In this document: positions 1 to 10,634 of the stretch, in pieces
Position numbering within the stretch: position 1 is the first letter of the stretch
How the letters are laid out: every line of letters begins with the position of its first letter
From: Barthelona sp. PCE
Taxonomy: Eukaryota
Reading direction: 5' to 3'
DNA length: 64,000 nt
Assembly: GCA_040285745.1 (NCBI GenBank)
Contig: JAUFOR010000008.1
Span: 1,550,001-1,614,000 of the forward strand
Notes under the pieces: generated by a model
What the model saw: only the letters and a program-made list of their open reading frames with translations
What the model was told of the DNA's origin: nothing
Databases searched by the model: none
Made by a program: the position numbers and the translations under genes

Positions 1-261
1 TAACTTGTAAGCAAAGTTCAACATAGTTAAGAATTTCGTGCGTTTCTGTAGACGATCGCATTTCTGCTTACACAAATCGATTTCACTTTGATCCACACCC
101 TCATCGGTGTACAGGGCCACCATTAGCTCGTCAGCTTGTTTCTTAAGAGTGACTGCATTGTTTTTAGAGTGTTTTAAAACTAGTGCAATTACCTTACCCA
201 CAATGAATTGGATTAAGTACAGCCCAATTGCCCAGGCGCAGAAAGAAATCTCAGAGTGCAT
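1..261 (-). CDS. Partial CDS running off the window start; N-terminal TM segment followed by a coiled coil (Get1/TMCO1-like layout, tentative)
   Basis: Not in the ORF track. Manual translation from ATG 261 is open to base 1: MHSEISFCAWAIGLYLIQFIVGKVIALVLKHSKNNAVTLKKQADELMVALYTDEGVDQSEIDLCKQKCDRLQKRTKFLTMLNFAYKL. Confidence 0.5.
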   Translation of the reverse strand, partial: MHSEISFCAWAIGLYLIQFIVGKVIALVLKHSKNNAVTLKKQADELMVALYTDEGVDQSEIDLCKQKCDRLQKRTKFLTMLNFAYKL

Positions 262-441
262 ATATTCGGTTGATTTGAACGTGATGAAGGGGAAATTGAG
301 GCAAACAAGGATAGATCTTCTTAATACCTATTTGTGGACACATTCCATACAATATGTTGTTAAACACTCGATAATTGAGCTATGGTACGTGGATTGAACA
401 TTATTTGAACCGTAAACATACATCTTACTCTTCTCAACGCT

Positions 442-3102
442 ATGTTCTTCAATAGCGATAAAAGAACTTCTTTAGGTGGAAAAGAGCACACAGAGGATGA
501 AAACCTTATGATAGATCGATGGTGGGAGGAATTCGTTCAGAATACATACCTGTCCTCGCCCACGTTTCTTGCAATCTATTTAATTTACTTCTCTAGGGCG
601 TACCGTGTTGTTGATAGCGTGCCTATTTCACTCATTTTGTTTTGCTTGCATGTTTTGGGTCAGAGTTTTGTTAAGCGAACGTGGCAACGTCCATTTCTGG
701 AGAGTTTGCACAATTTTGTATTTTTCACAGTCCTATATGTTTTACATTTGAGAGATGTTACATCTGTACTCTCCATATACTGTCTTTTTCGAAGTGTAAG
801 ACCCTGTATTCGTTCGACTACAATTGCAATACTGAACGCTTGGTTTTTGGCCTTTGTAACAATAGTGGTTGTGAAAACACCATTGGGTACACCAATATTC
901 GCTGCTATTGATGATAAAAATTTGTTTTTTTTCATAGCAACTAAATTATATAGTTTTTTACACGTTGACTTTACGATATACTATGGCTTCTCTATCACGG
1001 TGGTAGGCATGCGCAGGACCCAGCGGCGTATCAACAAGCTTTTGTTTGAAATAAGACAGGCTTCTTCACACATTAATGTTAAGAGAGTATTGTCTCGCTT
1101 TTCATCAAAATTGAGAACAGACGAGCAGATAAATGCATGTTTTAAGCGGCATAAGAGGTACGTAGATATATTTTTGAATGGAGATATTGAAAAATCAATG
1201 AATTTATTGAAAATATCAAAGACAGCCGGTTTAGGCATTCGTTTAAGCAATGTTCCAGTTTTGTTCGTGCATTTCCATGAAGAACAGGAGTGTTCTCTTA
1301 CGATTCGCTTCTTTCGCACGTTTTTTCTTTTTGTTCAGTCGTTTTTAATGGATTCTTCAGAACTTCGTAATGAAGTAGTACTGGAGCCTCATCCGAACGG
1401 CTTCGTTTTATTCCCTCTGTTTCTTACCAACGAGAAACCAGTCTGTAAGATGATGGCACTTGCTTATAACTACAATGATTTTTCACGAACCAAACGGAAG
1501 AAAATTGAAACATTGTTTTTTTCACTCTTTTATCGCATGGGTTTCTTCGTTAAGCAGATGGAAAAGACAAGACCGTGTCTTTCAATGGTGATGTTGAAGG
1601 ATGACGTCATAGTCTTGGATGCCTTCCGTATTTCCACTTGGCCAACCCGATATTTTAAATTGTTTTGTGATGTCCAAGAGTCTAGACCACTTTTTGCTGT
1701 AGAAAAAGGCCTGGATTTACCGAATTGGATTGACATAGAAGAGGAACAGCTGTTGCAACAAACTGGAAAAAAAGTGAGCATTGTTTTTTTTAGTTTTTTC
1801 AAATCAGTGGCTCCATCTCAATTCCACTCACAGTTTCGCATCTCACTAGAGGATTTATCCTTTCTAATGAGCTTTATCTTTTCAAATGGAGAGTGTGCGG
1901 ACGAGCTGAAACCTTTAGGAATTTTCTTAACTAGAAACAATGATTTGCGTGGTCTGAGCTTTGAAAAATCACGTAGAAACAAAGGTATGAAAGAGTTTAT
2001 TAAGTCAGTACGTCGTACACCTTTCGTTCACACACTTATGAGCTTTCAGCTGTTTTTTTCATTTATTTCCATGGTTCTTTGCCAGGAAAATCGATACCAT
2101 GTGGCATTACTTGTTTTTTTACAAGCTTTCAGGACATTCTGCATTTATAATTTGCGTTTTAGATATTCTTACACAAAGTACACAAAATCTTCTTTTTTCT
2201 ATGACGTAGGGGGGCTGCTTATCATGGGGGTTTACGCATATATTTTCAAGGAGCACGGGCTTGAGAAATGGGCATTTTTTTTTTTCAATGGTTGCTTTTT
2301 GGATTCTGCTTACTCGCACATCATATCAATGGTTTTCACAGATTTCGATCTTACACGCATCATTGTGCACTATACAGTGGCTCATACGATAAGCGCGTTT
2401 GTTAATTACATTGTCGTAGTTCATGAGAGAATTTTTTTATCGTTGCGCAAGACTTCATTCAGTATGCCCTTCTTCTACGGGCCCCTTCTGTACGAGACTC
2501 TGCTCCAGAAGGACTTTGCGGTCTTTAATTGTTATCATATAAATGGAAGTATTGATCCAGCGATTCCTTTTTCGCTAGGTGAAGTGACAGACCACTCTCC
2601 GGAGTCATGTGGCATCCCCTACACGCTCGCATGGTATCCATTCCGGCATATGCTCGAGAAAGGGCAATTGATATGTGTCCCTCGTAGTATCTTCAGTTTT
2701 GCGCATCGTTTCAGCATCGATCATGCCAATCCGGATAGTTTGTCATTTGACTCGCGGTGGCTTGATGCGTTAATCGCAGGACTGGAGAACCTGGTCATCA
2801 ATATTGGCATATTCGATGAGAAAAGTTCTTTGGGTGATTATGGTTGTTTTTGCAGTGTTTATAAAACGATTTCATCTGTAACGACCGCAGGTTACAATTT
2901 TTTGGAATACGTGCCACTGTACTCGTCAATAACGCGTGGATTCAGAGCAGGTCCACACTGCTTGACAACAGAGATAGATGATGATATTGAGAGAGCACTG
3001 TATGCTTTGGAAGGAAAACCGCAGTATTATACTAAGTACGAAAGGATACGTCAGCTCTGGGATGAGATAAAAAAAACTGTGTTTTACAATGAATGTAATT
3101 AG
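442..3102 (+). CDS. Hypothetical multi-pass membrane protein (two TM clusters, each followed by a soluble domain)
   Basis: 886-aa ORF; hydrophobic clusters at about aa 40-190 and aa 530-670. Confidence 0.65.
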   Translation: MFFNSDKRTSLGGKEHTEDENLMIDRWWEEFVQNTYLSSPTFLAIYLIYFSRAYRVVDSVPISLILFCLHVLGQSFVKRTWQRPFLESLHNFVFFTVLYVLHLRDVTSVLSIYCLFRSVRPCIRSTTIAILNAWFLAFVTIVVVKTPLGTPIFAAIDDKNLFFFIATKLYSFLHVDFTIYYGFSITVVGMRRTQRRINKLLFEIRQASSHINVKRVLSRFSSKLRTDEQINACFKRHKRYVDIFLNGDIEKSMNLLKISKTAGLGIRLSNVPVLFVHFHEEQECSLTIRFFRTFFLFVQSFLMDSSELRNEVVLEPHPNGFVLFPLFLTNEKPVCKMMALAYNYNDFSRTKRKKIETLFFSLFYRMGFFVKQMEKTRPCLSMVMLKDDVIVLDAFRISTWPTRYFKLFCDVQESRPLFAVEKGLDLPNWIDIEEEQLLQQTGKKVSIVFFSFFKSVAPSQFHSQFRISLEDLSFLMSFIFSNGECADELKPLGIFLTRNNDLRGLSFEKSRRNKGMKEFIKSVRRTPFVHTLMSFQLFFSFISMVLCQENRYHVALLVFLQAFRTFCIYNLRFRYSYTKYTKSSFFYDVGGLLIMGVYAYIFKEHGLEKWAFFFFNGCFLDSAYSHIISMVFTDFDLTRIIVHYTVAHTISAFVNYIVVVHERIFLSLRKTSFSMPFFYGPLLYETLLQKDFAVFNCYHINGSIDPAIPFSLGEVTDHSPESCGIPYTLAWYPFRHMLEKGQLICVPRSIFSFAHRFSIDHANPDSLSFDSRWLDALIAGLENLVINIGIFDEKSSLGDYGCFCSVYKTISSVTTAGYNFLEYVPLYSSITRGFRAGPHCLTTEIDDDIERALYALEGKPQYYTKYERIRQLWDEIKKTVFYNECN

Positions 3103-3195
3103 TGGTAATGAATAAATAATAGATTCCTAAAGAAGTTGGAACCTAACTCGGTTACGAGATTTTAAACTTGTGATTGGTAATTTTGTACAGTGTTC

Positions 3196-3999
3196 TTAGT
3201 CGCATTTCATTGGGGAGACCATTCTACGGCTCTCCTCATCAAGAAAATCAACTTCAATTTGCTGACTGTCCTCTAACGAGAGAAGTTCATCATCCTTATC
3301 CAGGACGGTACGGAGCCACTTCTCGCTGTTGACACAATCGTGCAACTTATTTATATCCACTAGCGACCACGTTGGAGGATCTACGCGATCTTCATGATTG
3401 ATAAAGTTGAACACCTGCTCACACTCACCGTAGGAATTCCAATCTAAGTGGAGGAGGTTGGATCCTCTCTGCTCAATGTCCATTACGAACGTTTTGTAGC
3501 AAGATGAGAGTCCTTCTAAGTATGCAATCGGAATACCTGACTCACACTCACGCTTACGGATGTTGACGATACGGTTCAAGCACTCATCCGGCTCAACGTC
3601 CAGGAAGATGGAGACGTGTGGAACTGGTACAAGACTCAAAAGATAATCACGCAGTTCGTAGTAATATGCGTAACCTGCTTCATCAATAAAACCATCGATA
3701 TGGGTTTGATCAGCAAAGACCGAGTCGGAGAAGATGCTACGATCAAGGATAACATCATTTCCTTCGAGAACGAGGGAAAGAGCATGAGCATAGTAGCGGA
3801 AACGATTGCGAAGCAAGAAAAGTTGCATGGGCAGTGCGTACTTGTGGGGATCTTGATAGAAAAGCTTCAGGAAGGGGTTAGAGTCAGTAGGTTCAAAGAG
3901 AATAATAAGTTTCTCGTCAAGCTCTTGCAATCCTTTGCAAAGCGTTGATTTACCTGCTGCGATGTTGCCTTCGACAATAATGAGCTTGCCAACAGTCAT
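3196..3999 (-). CDS. Deoxynucleoside kinase (dCK/dGK/dAK family)
   Basis: P-loop EGNIAAGKST, EP motif, DRSIFSD, lid R-KRECE. Confidence 0.92.
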   Translation of the reverse strand: MTVGKLIIVEGNIAAGKSTLCKGLQELDEKLIILFEPTDSNPFLKLFYQDPHKYALPMQLFLLRNRFRYYAHALSLVLEGNDVILDRSIFSDSVFADQTHIDGFIDEAGYAYYYELRDYLLSLVPVPHVSIFLDVEPDECLNRIVNIRKRECESGIPIAYLEGLSSCYKTFVMDIEQRGSNLLHLDWNSYGECEQVFNFINHEDRVDPPTWSLVDINKLHDCVNSEKWLRTVLDKDDELLSLEDSQQIEVDFLDEESRRMVSPMKCD

Positions 4000-4390
4000 G
4001 ACTAGAACAATAACAGTGAAAAATGGGTTAGCAAGTCACAACATGTGTAGCTACATAACTCGGTACATTTGTATCAATGTGTCGAGCTCTACTTGCCATA
4101 TTTTGCACGAATACTGTACTTAAAGTTAATTTGCATAAAGTTGCGGTTTTGAGGTTTTTTGATAAATCTTTTTATGGAACTTCCAGGATACTTTTAACAT
4201 GCAATTAATATTCACCATTTAAAAATACACTCACAACACGTGTGAATTCATACCCTAATCGTAAAAATATTGGAGTAAAATTAAAGTTAACGTGCTGATG
4301 TTTGAACTAAATAAAACCTGTGGTAACAGGTGTGAGTTGTTTGTTTACACGTGAAAAAGGAAATAGAATCCTATTTATTCCATTGGATGA

Positions 4391-4804
4391 TTACTCAACG
4401 TCTTCCTCGACGAACTTGCCCTTCTCCATGCTCTTGTGCTGAGCAATGTTCTTGAACAGATCAAGACGAGTGGCTGTCATCTTGAGCTCGGTCAAGACAC
4501 AGTTAGAAGGATGGACGGGGATGGGAATGGATTCACCTGACTTCTTGACACGGTTAACGTTCTGGACGTGAATGATGTTCTGAGCTCTGGCGACAGCGAT
4601 GACCTTACCGGTGACCTGGTTCTTACCACGGACAATCTTGACGGTATCATCACGACGGACGGGGAGAGTGCGAATCAAGTGCTTTTCACGTAACTCCTGG
4701 GACAAGGTGATGCACATAGACTTAGAACGATCGAGAGAGTTCTGTTGGAAGTAGCGAGCGCGGTTCTTTCTACGATCAGAAGAAACAGAGGGATTGACCT
4801 TCAT
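4391..4804 (-). CDS. RPL26: 60S ribosomal protein L26 (uL24)
   Basis: MKVNPSVSSDRRKNRARYF, KOW region VRRDDTVKIVRG, IPVHPSNC. Confidence 0.96.
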   Translation of the reverse strand: MKVNPSVSSDRRKNRARYFQQNSLDRSKSMCITLSQELREKHLIRTLPVRRDDTVKIVRGKNQVTGKVIAVARAQNIIHVQNVNRVKKSGESIPIPVHPSNCVLTELKMTATRLDLFKNIAQHKSMEKGKFVEEDVE

Positions 4805-4814
4805 CTTGAGATTG

Positions 4815-4860
4815 CTAAGTGTTAGATGGATGCCCTGAGAAGAACAAAAAAGCTACATAC
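4815..4860 (-). other. Probable spliceosomal intron in the RPL26 5' UTR (46 nt; alternative donor at 4984)
   Basis: GTATGT at 4860 and TCTAACACTTAG ending at 4815, 10 nt before the ATG; same 3' pattern as the RPS11 and RUVBL2 introns. Confidence 0.65.
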
Positions 4861-5141
4861 GAATAAAAAAGGTATCAAACGAAAAAGGAGTACATAAACG
4901 CTATTTATTCAAACCTGAAGCATCACACGGGGCTCTTCCAGGCTGGAGAGTCACATAATGTTCAATAAAATGAGAAAAACATACAACAATGAAGAGAATA
5001 AAAAATTAAACCTCTCAATACATTATTGCATTTATATACACACACCTACAGCGTACCACATCATCTCACTATCCACATTATTTATATTAACAAACAAAAA
5101 AACCAGGTAAAACAGAGAAAAAGATAAAAGCGATTTTAGGT

Positions 5142-6524
5142 TTACATGCTTGCAAAGTTAAACATATCTAACTGTGGTTCAACGTCAGTGAGGTCCATTG
5201 CGCTCTCCTCATCCTCATCAGGAACGTCTTCCATAATAAAAGTGGAAACATACTGAGGCTCAGGCATCTGGTCATTTTCTTCCTCTTCGAGATCAAAGTC
5301 AATATTCATTTGTATGGAAGAGGTTGATATCTGTGGTACATAGAAGGAAGGCTCCTCTTGCTCATCGAACGTATCATTTTGGAACAGCATTGATTTTGGG
5401 GGAGAGAACTTAGCCATGAACGTCTTCATAACTTCTCTTCCCTCTTCCAACTCTGCCAATTCCTCTTCAGTTGGTGGTGGAACTGGGTCCAAAGGCACAG
5501 GGTCGATTGTTGTTACCTTCTTCTTTGCGCTTAAAAGCTCCAACCAATTAACGCTCTCTTTTTCATCTTCCTCCTCCTCACTCTCATCTGACATATCACT
5601 AGTCTCAGACGCGGTTTCAAACGAATCTTCCTCGATAAAATTACTCTCATGACGTTCCACAAAAGCCTTTTCCTTTGGTGTCAAGATGATTTCGCTATAC
5701 GGATTGTTTTCATACACTGTATACTTTCTCTCCTCTGCTGTGATCAAATCCCGTTGCTCAGCCAAGGTAAAGCACTCCTCAGCCTCATCGTACCTCCCTA
5801 ATTCCTGCAACAAATGAGCAAGTGTAAAGGAGGCGTTGGGCTCGTTTCGTTTAATAGCTTTTCGATAATATTCTATTGCCTTCTCCACAAGGTCCATGGA
5901 TTCGTATATCTTGCCCAGGATGTAAGGAGAGTTTGGACAGCTAAGCTCATCACTTATCTTCAGTAAAAAGATAGCTCGATTGTTGTCAGTCTTGATCAGG
6001 TTTTTATAACCACTGTAATGATATTTTCCAAGAGTATACAGCGCTTCTCTGTGCTTTAGAAGGGATGCAGCCTTTAGGTAAGAGATACCCTTCAGTTGTG
6101 ATGACTTTTGTGATTCATCCAAGAATGTTTGTGATTTTTCATACAGGTAGGCAGGAAGCTCTTCAATATCCAAAAAGATGCCTCTGAAGTCGCGTAGCTC
6201 CTTCAACTCGGCATCAAAGTCATCCCTCATTGCTTTTATCCGCTTCTGGTAATGAGTCTCAACAGTACTCCGGTGAACGTTCAACTCTTTTCTCATTTCG
6301 GCAAGCTGCTCTGCAACATAGTTGCGAACATCCTGTCTGTGCCTCAGCGTGGGGATTGCCCGGTTGTCAGAGTACATAACTTCGTTTAATTTGGACCTCT
6401 CAAGATCAAGCTCAAGTGCTTCAATGCGCGCTTGGAGTTTATCAACAAGACTCTCGTACTCTGTCAGACGCTGGCGGTGTGAAACATCTACGGGTTCTGG
6501 TACTTTAAAACTGGAAAGTAGCAT
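5142..6524 (-). CDS. Sel1/TPR repeat protein with N-terminal coiled coil and acidic tail
   Basis: ALYTLGKYHYSG...RAIFLLK, SPYILGKIY...KAIEYYRKA, ASFTLAHL repeats. Confidence 0.8.
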   Translation of the reverse strand: MLLSSFKVPEPVDVSHRQRLTEYESLVDKLQARIEALELDLERSKLNEVMYSDNRAIPTLRHRQDVRNYVAEQLAEMRKELNVHRSTVETHYQKRIKAMRDDFDAELKELRDFRGIFLDIEELPAYLYEKSQTFLDESQKSSQLKGISYLKAASLLKHREALYTLGKYHYSGYKNLIKTDNNRAIFLLKISDELSCPNSPYILGKIYESMDLVEKAIEYYRKAIKRNEPNASFTLAHLLQELGRYDEAEECFTLAEQRDLITAEERKYTVYENNPYSEIILTPKEKAFVERHESNFIEEDSFETASETSDMSDESEEEEDEKESVNWLELLSAKKKVTTIDPVPLDPVPPPTEEELAELEEGREVMKTFMAKFSPPKSMLFQNDTFDEQEEPSFYVPQISTSSIQMNIDFDLEEEENDQMPEPQYVSTFIMEDVPDEDEESAMDLTDVEPQLDMFNFASM

Positions 6525-6691
6525 ACTTTTGTGGGAATGTGCTTGTAATAGAGAAAATGAAAAATTAAGACCAAAAGATGGGCGAGTGCGTTAGAAAACA
6601 ATGTACACTCTGCGAAAGTGTGTAGTTTTGTTAATACAAGAAAAATTTTCAATGCTTCTTTCTATTAGTCCTTTTTCTTAAACTAAACAAA

Positions 6692-7846
6692 ATGGAACCT
6701 ACTGAATCTGGAAGAAAACGCCGAAGAGGCAGGAATAATCGTCGTAGAGGTAAAGACCGCAAACCAGCTCAAACGAAGGATCAACCTCAACAGCCTGTTG
6801 ATGAATCAGACCTTGGAAACCCCATGTCGTTCACGTTTGTGCTTTTCAAATCGCTTTTCAGCGGAGCTCGAAAACGTATTTCAGCAATGGCTTCTGACAA
6901 CAAGTGTCCCATCAAGGATCAGGTATCTATCTCAACAATTACAATTGAATGTGAGGAGATTGAGGACGCAGAAGACGGCCCGTACGGTCCAGAATGTCTT
7001 GCTGTTGTTGACTACCGTCCTTTTGCGGGTGTCGACACTGAAGGACTCAACATAAGTGTAGAGGAACAGTTGACCGCCCGTCTCGGTCTTACACACTTCC
7101 TCAGTATTCCTCTATATGACCATGATGCGTTCTGTGATGCTTGTGCTGAATACGGAGCTCTTGTTCTGGAGAATTGCATGGGTTCATCCAACGTTATTGG
7201 GAAGGGACGTTTGCATCTATCCCTCGGCCTGTTTGTCCTGTATAACAACGAGATGGTCCGTTCAGTCATAGAGAGAGTCACCGAAGTTATTCATGAGATA
7301 GTCCCAAAGAAGTTCGAGCTGGGTGACTGGAGACTCGGTCATTTCGGAGAGAATGTTTTGTTTATTGAGCCCAACGGGCCAAACACGAATGAATTAAGCG
7401 AGGGATTCAAAGAGTTCTACGGGAAAAGAATCAATCTACATAATACTCTATGGAAGAGTCGTTCTCGAAGAGGAAAAGACAAAAAACGCATTAAATTCAA
7501 GCAGATTGCCTCTTACATGGACCAACAACTCAAATCATTTGATGATAATGAGATGAAAGAAGAAACTGAAACAATTATTGAATCGTCTGCACCGTTTGAA
7601 CTTGATGGAATGGTCGAAGTGCAGCCTGTTGTTGAGATGGACAAGACAAATATGCCTACTGAAGTGACCGAAGTAGGCGAAGCTATCCAAACAAGCAATG
7701 AACAAATCAATAACATTGAGGAAATGGTACGCGTAGCACAAGCGCTGCAGGGCATGGCTTTGACCATAGACAAGATCCACCTCGAGTGGATGCGAACAAA
7801 GAATGATAAGTACATAACCAACCACGTATTTGAATTACCCGAGTAA
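6692..7846 (+). CDS. 2H phosphoesterase, AKAP7/ASCC1-like
   Basis: THFLSIPL lead-in and two HxS/T motifs (LHLSL, LHNTL); basic N-terminus. Confidence 0.75.
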   Translation: MEPTESGRKRRRGRNNRRRGKDRKPAQTKDQPQQPVDESDLGNPMSFTFVLFKSLFSGARKRISAMASDNKCPIKDQVSISTITIECEEIEDAEDGPYGPECLAVVDYRPFAGVDTEGLNISVEEQLTARLGLTHFLSIPLYDHDAFCDACAEYGALVLENCMGSSNVIGKGRLHLSLGLFVLYNNEMVRSVIERVTEVIHEIVPKKFELGDWRLGHFGENVLFIEPNGPNTNELSEGFKEFYGKRINLHNTLWKSRSRRGKDKKRIKFKQIASYMDQQLKSFDDNEMKEETETIIESSAPFELDGMVEVQPVVEMDKTNMPTEVTEVGEAIQTSNEQINNIEEMVRVAQALQGMALTIDKIHLEWMRTKNDKYITNHVFELPE

Positions 7847-8281
7847 AGAGAGGATCTCATCCCGATCAACCGAGACATGGGTGCTTCTCGCAGGATGGCG
7901 CAGCTTAAAGGCGTTTGTGATGAGCAGTGCATGATGAAGAGCAGTTTTAGATACGCGTTCCATCGTTCCTGCCACGTGGTGTACCTGGATTGTGCACGGG
8001 GTACTTGCGATATGCGAGATGAGTGTCATTGCCGACCAAACGTGCCTGAATGATTGGAACGGGCATCGCACAATAAAAATACCCGATGGTTTGTGCATGT
8101 ACATAACGCTGATCTTGGCAGCCTTTACGCGACCAATAAGCCCGAACACGCGACCGATCACGTGCTTTATTTCGAATGCAACGTCCTTTTTTGTATAATC
8201 AGTGAATATTCCCCCATTTTGTACAACATCATTGTGAAAGAGTGCTTGGCAGCAAAAGTAGCGTCGTTTTGTACGTACCAT
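7835..8281 (-). CDS. POP5: RNase P/MRP subunit POP5 (Rpp14/Pop5 family)
   Basis: MVRTKRRYF start (ATG 8281), FGLIG, FIVRC, VWSAMTLI, HVAGTM; 3' end overlaps the convergent gene by 12 nt. Confidence 0.85.
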   Translation of the reverse strand: MVRTKRRYFCCQALFHNDVVQNGGIFTDYTKKDVAFEIKHVIGRVFGLIGRVKAAKISVMYMHKPSGIFIVRCPFQSFRHVWSAMTLISHIASTPCTIQVHHVAGTMERVSKTALHHALLITNAFKLRHPARSTHVSVDRDEILSLLG

Positions 8282-8705
8282 AAGTGAAATAGAGAAAATT
8301 CTGTATAGCACATCATTTTTTAATCTCTGCTCCTCATCACTTTATTCACTTTTAAAAGGTAAAAATTGAAACAACAAAATTTTGCCACCCACTTAAGACA
8401 TGATAATTGCTTGTAAAAGTCTTTATAGTAGATATTTTAGTTAATGTTTTTAATATGGCTAATTTCGCGTTCAACTATCATTTTCCAAAGCGATATTAAC
8501 TTTCCAAACTTTTCAACCGGAGGTGTTCAATTCTTAAAAAAGTTTTAAATTATTGACTTTAAAGTATGTTACAGCTTTTTTAACAGATGAAATAATTGTG
8601 TCTATAAATGTGGCAGCTTGGAAGAGAAGTTCTTACGTCAATACGTTACTAGTGCTGTGTATTTCAAATTTCCCAACTATTCTCCTGCAGAGATCATTTT
8701 TCACC

Positions 8706-9017
8706 ATGGATAGGGTTGTGTGCATGCCCGTCCCCCGATATGATGCACATCTATTGCATGTATATGATACAGAATCTCATGATATTTATAATACTCCAAG
8801 TGAGTTTCTCAGCACTGCAACATCCATTTTCACAGAAGAGTCCCCCTGGGAAGACCAAGAAAGTGGGTATAGTCGTAATACATCTCCTGTACCAAACATA
8901 CCACCACAAATGATTTATTCAACGCTTGCTAATTCTTCAGATACACTGGCAGATTCTAACACATCAAGCATGTCTTGTGTGAGTATTCTTTCAATCTTTA
9001 GTTCAAACGAAGATTAG
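8706..9017 (+). CDS. Small Ser-rich hypothetical protein
   Basis: ORF from ATG 8706 (MDRVVCMPVPRY...), 103 aa; no recognisable motif. Confidence 0.45.
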   Translation: MDRVVCMPVPRYDAHLLHVYDTESHDIYNTPSEFLSTATSIFTEESPWEDQESGYSRNTSPVPNIPPQMIYSTLANSSDTLADSNTSSMSCVSILSIFSSNED

Positions 9018-9078
9018 GAATACGTTACAAATTTCTTTGCATTCATTAATACTTTTTCGCTTAAAAATAAAATCATGA

Positions 9079-9777
9079 TCATTTTAAAACTGTACATGTG
9101 CTGTCAGTGAACATACAATTCTCATACTCCCCCGTCAATAAAGCACCATATTCTTCAGGAAATCCTTCAACACTTACTAAACCGTTCATTCTTCGTTTAT
9201 ATACACACTCAAAATGCCCCCTATGCATGGAAACCTCTCCAAGGTTGAATGATTTGGAGATATTTGCCTGTAAAAACATTTCATAGAACATATCTGCATT
9301 TATGCATGTGATACTGTACAGCTCAGTATATTGGTTAAGGTATGCTTCAATACACTTGAAATACGTCTGCTGTCGCGTCTGTGTAGGTGTCGGGTCAGGT
9401 TCGTAAGAGAAAAGCAGACATCCTGCCTCAATGTGGAGCTCTTCCTCGTTAACAATTTGTGCCATGTCAGACAGTATTTTTGTGACATCAGGGTGTGTCC
9501 ATACGCCTCTGAGGGTGAGCTGACTCATGATACTGTACTTCCAGCAGTCATCAGTTCCCTGTAATATGGTAATTATATGTGGAACGAGCTTAAACTGGTT
9601 GCGCTCTTCGATTTTGTTTAGTCTTGAGTATATTGAACCTGCTACTGGCCAATTCACATCGGCCAACCATTCAAGAAAGCTCCATAACAAAGATAAATCA
9701 GCAAATAATTCATCATCTGTGCATTGTGCAAATCTGTTTGTGGACTCCTGGTCATCCTTTTGTGTAGGTGGTTGCAT
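9079..9777 (-). CDS. DUF5071-like domain protein
   Basis: FLEWLADVNWPVA...LVPHIITILQGTDDCWKY resembles the DUF5071 pattern as I recall it. Confidence 0.7.
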   Translation of the reverse strand: MQPPTQKDDQESTNRFAQCTDDELFADLSLLWSFLEWLADVNWPVAGSIYSRLNKIEERNQFKLVPHIITILQGTDDCWKYSIMSQLTLRGVWTHPDVTKILSDMAQIVNEEELHIEAGCLLFSYEPDPTPTQTRQQTYFKCIEAYLNQYTELYSITCINADMFYEMFLQANISKSFNLGEVSMHRGHFECVYKRRMNGLVSVEGFPEEYGALLTGEYENCMFTDSTCTVLK

Positions 9778-10053
9778 TCCTTGCAGACTCTTTGCTTTTG
9801 AAAGTAGGTAAAATAAGGTAATTCAGTAAAAAAGAAATGTGGCGGTCGTTTTGTGGGGCGCAACAAATTTCCTCACTTAAAAAGGTACTTTTTCGAGATA
9901 TAATGGAGGTTGTCACGTTTAGAAAGTCTGTGATATTCCTTTAATCTTGTTTAAGGTTTCACAACTTTTATCTCGTACTAAAGAATTGCAGGACAACGTG
10001 CAAGGCATAATTTTTTATAACAACACCACTATACTCATAAACACAATCAAAAC

Positions 10054-10608
10054 ATGGGTTTACATACAGTTCTCAAAGCTCTGAAAAAAGAAGAGCACTC
10101 AATGCGTATTTTAGTTCTTGGCCTCGATAACAGTGGCAAGACCACGATTGTCAAGCGTTTTATTGGTGAAGATATTCACTCAATTTCACCCACGCTTGGA
10201 TTTAACACCGTAACTACGTTTCATAATGGTTTCCGTATTAACCTGATGGACGTCGGTGGCCAGAAGACCATCCGCGCGTACTGGAAGAATCATTTTGAGG
10301 AAACCGATGCCGTTATCTGGGTGATTGACTCAGCTGACAAAATCCGACTTGAAGAGACTCACGATGAGTTACATGCTGTTCTGCAGGCGGAACGTCTCGC
10401 AGGCGCTTCACTCCTCGTATGTGCAAACAAGCAGGATATCGAGGGAGCGCTTTCTGTGGAGGAGATTACTGATGTTCTGCAGTTGAATAACATTGAACGC
10501 AGACACTGGCTCTGCGCCTGTGTTAGTGCAGTGACCGGTCGTGGCCTGAAGGAGGCAATTAACTGGGTCGTCAGCGATGTTGCTAACCGTGTTTATCAAT
10601 TTGAATAA
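10054..10608 (+). CDS. ARL2: ADP-ribosylation factor-like GTPase 2
   Basis: GLDNSGKTT, ISPTLGFN, DVGGQKTIRAYWKNHFE, ERLAGASLL, NKQD. Confidence 0.95.
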   Translation: MGLHTVLKALKKEEHSMRILVLGLDNSGKTTIVKRFIGEDIHSISPTLGFNTVTTFHNGFRINLMDVGGQKTIRAYWKNHFEETDAVIWVIDSADKIRLEETHDELHAVLQAERLAGASLLVCANKQDIEGALSVEEITDVLQLNNIERRHWLCACVSAVTGRGLKEAINWVVSDVANRVYQFE

Positions 10609-10634
10609 ATGATCAATTTTTTTTAATTTATTAA

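Noticed and set aside
4825-4950. TPP-riboswitch-like words (CTGAGA, AACCTGA) and an RNase MRP-like CACACGGGGCTC on the plus strand upstream of RPL26
   Set aside because: They are antisense to the gene, the spacing is wrong, and the partner motifs (AUACC/UAAU; GAAAGUCCCC) are missing.
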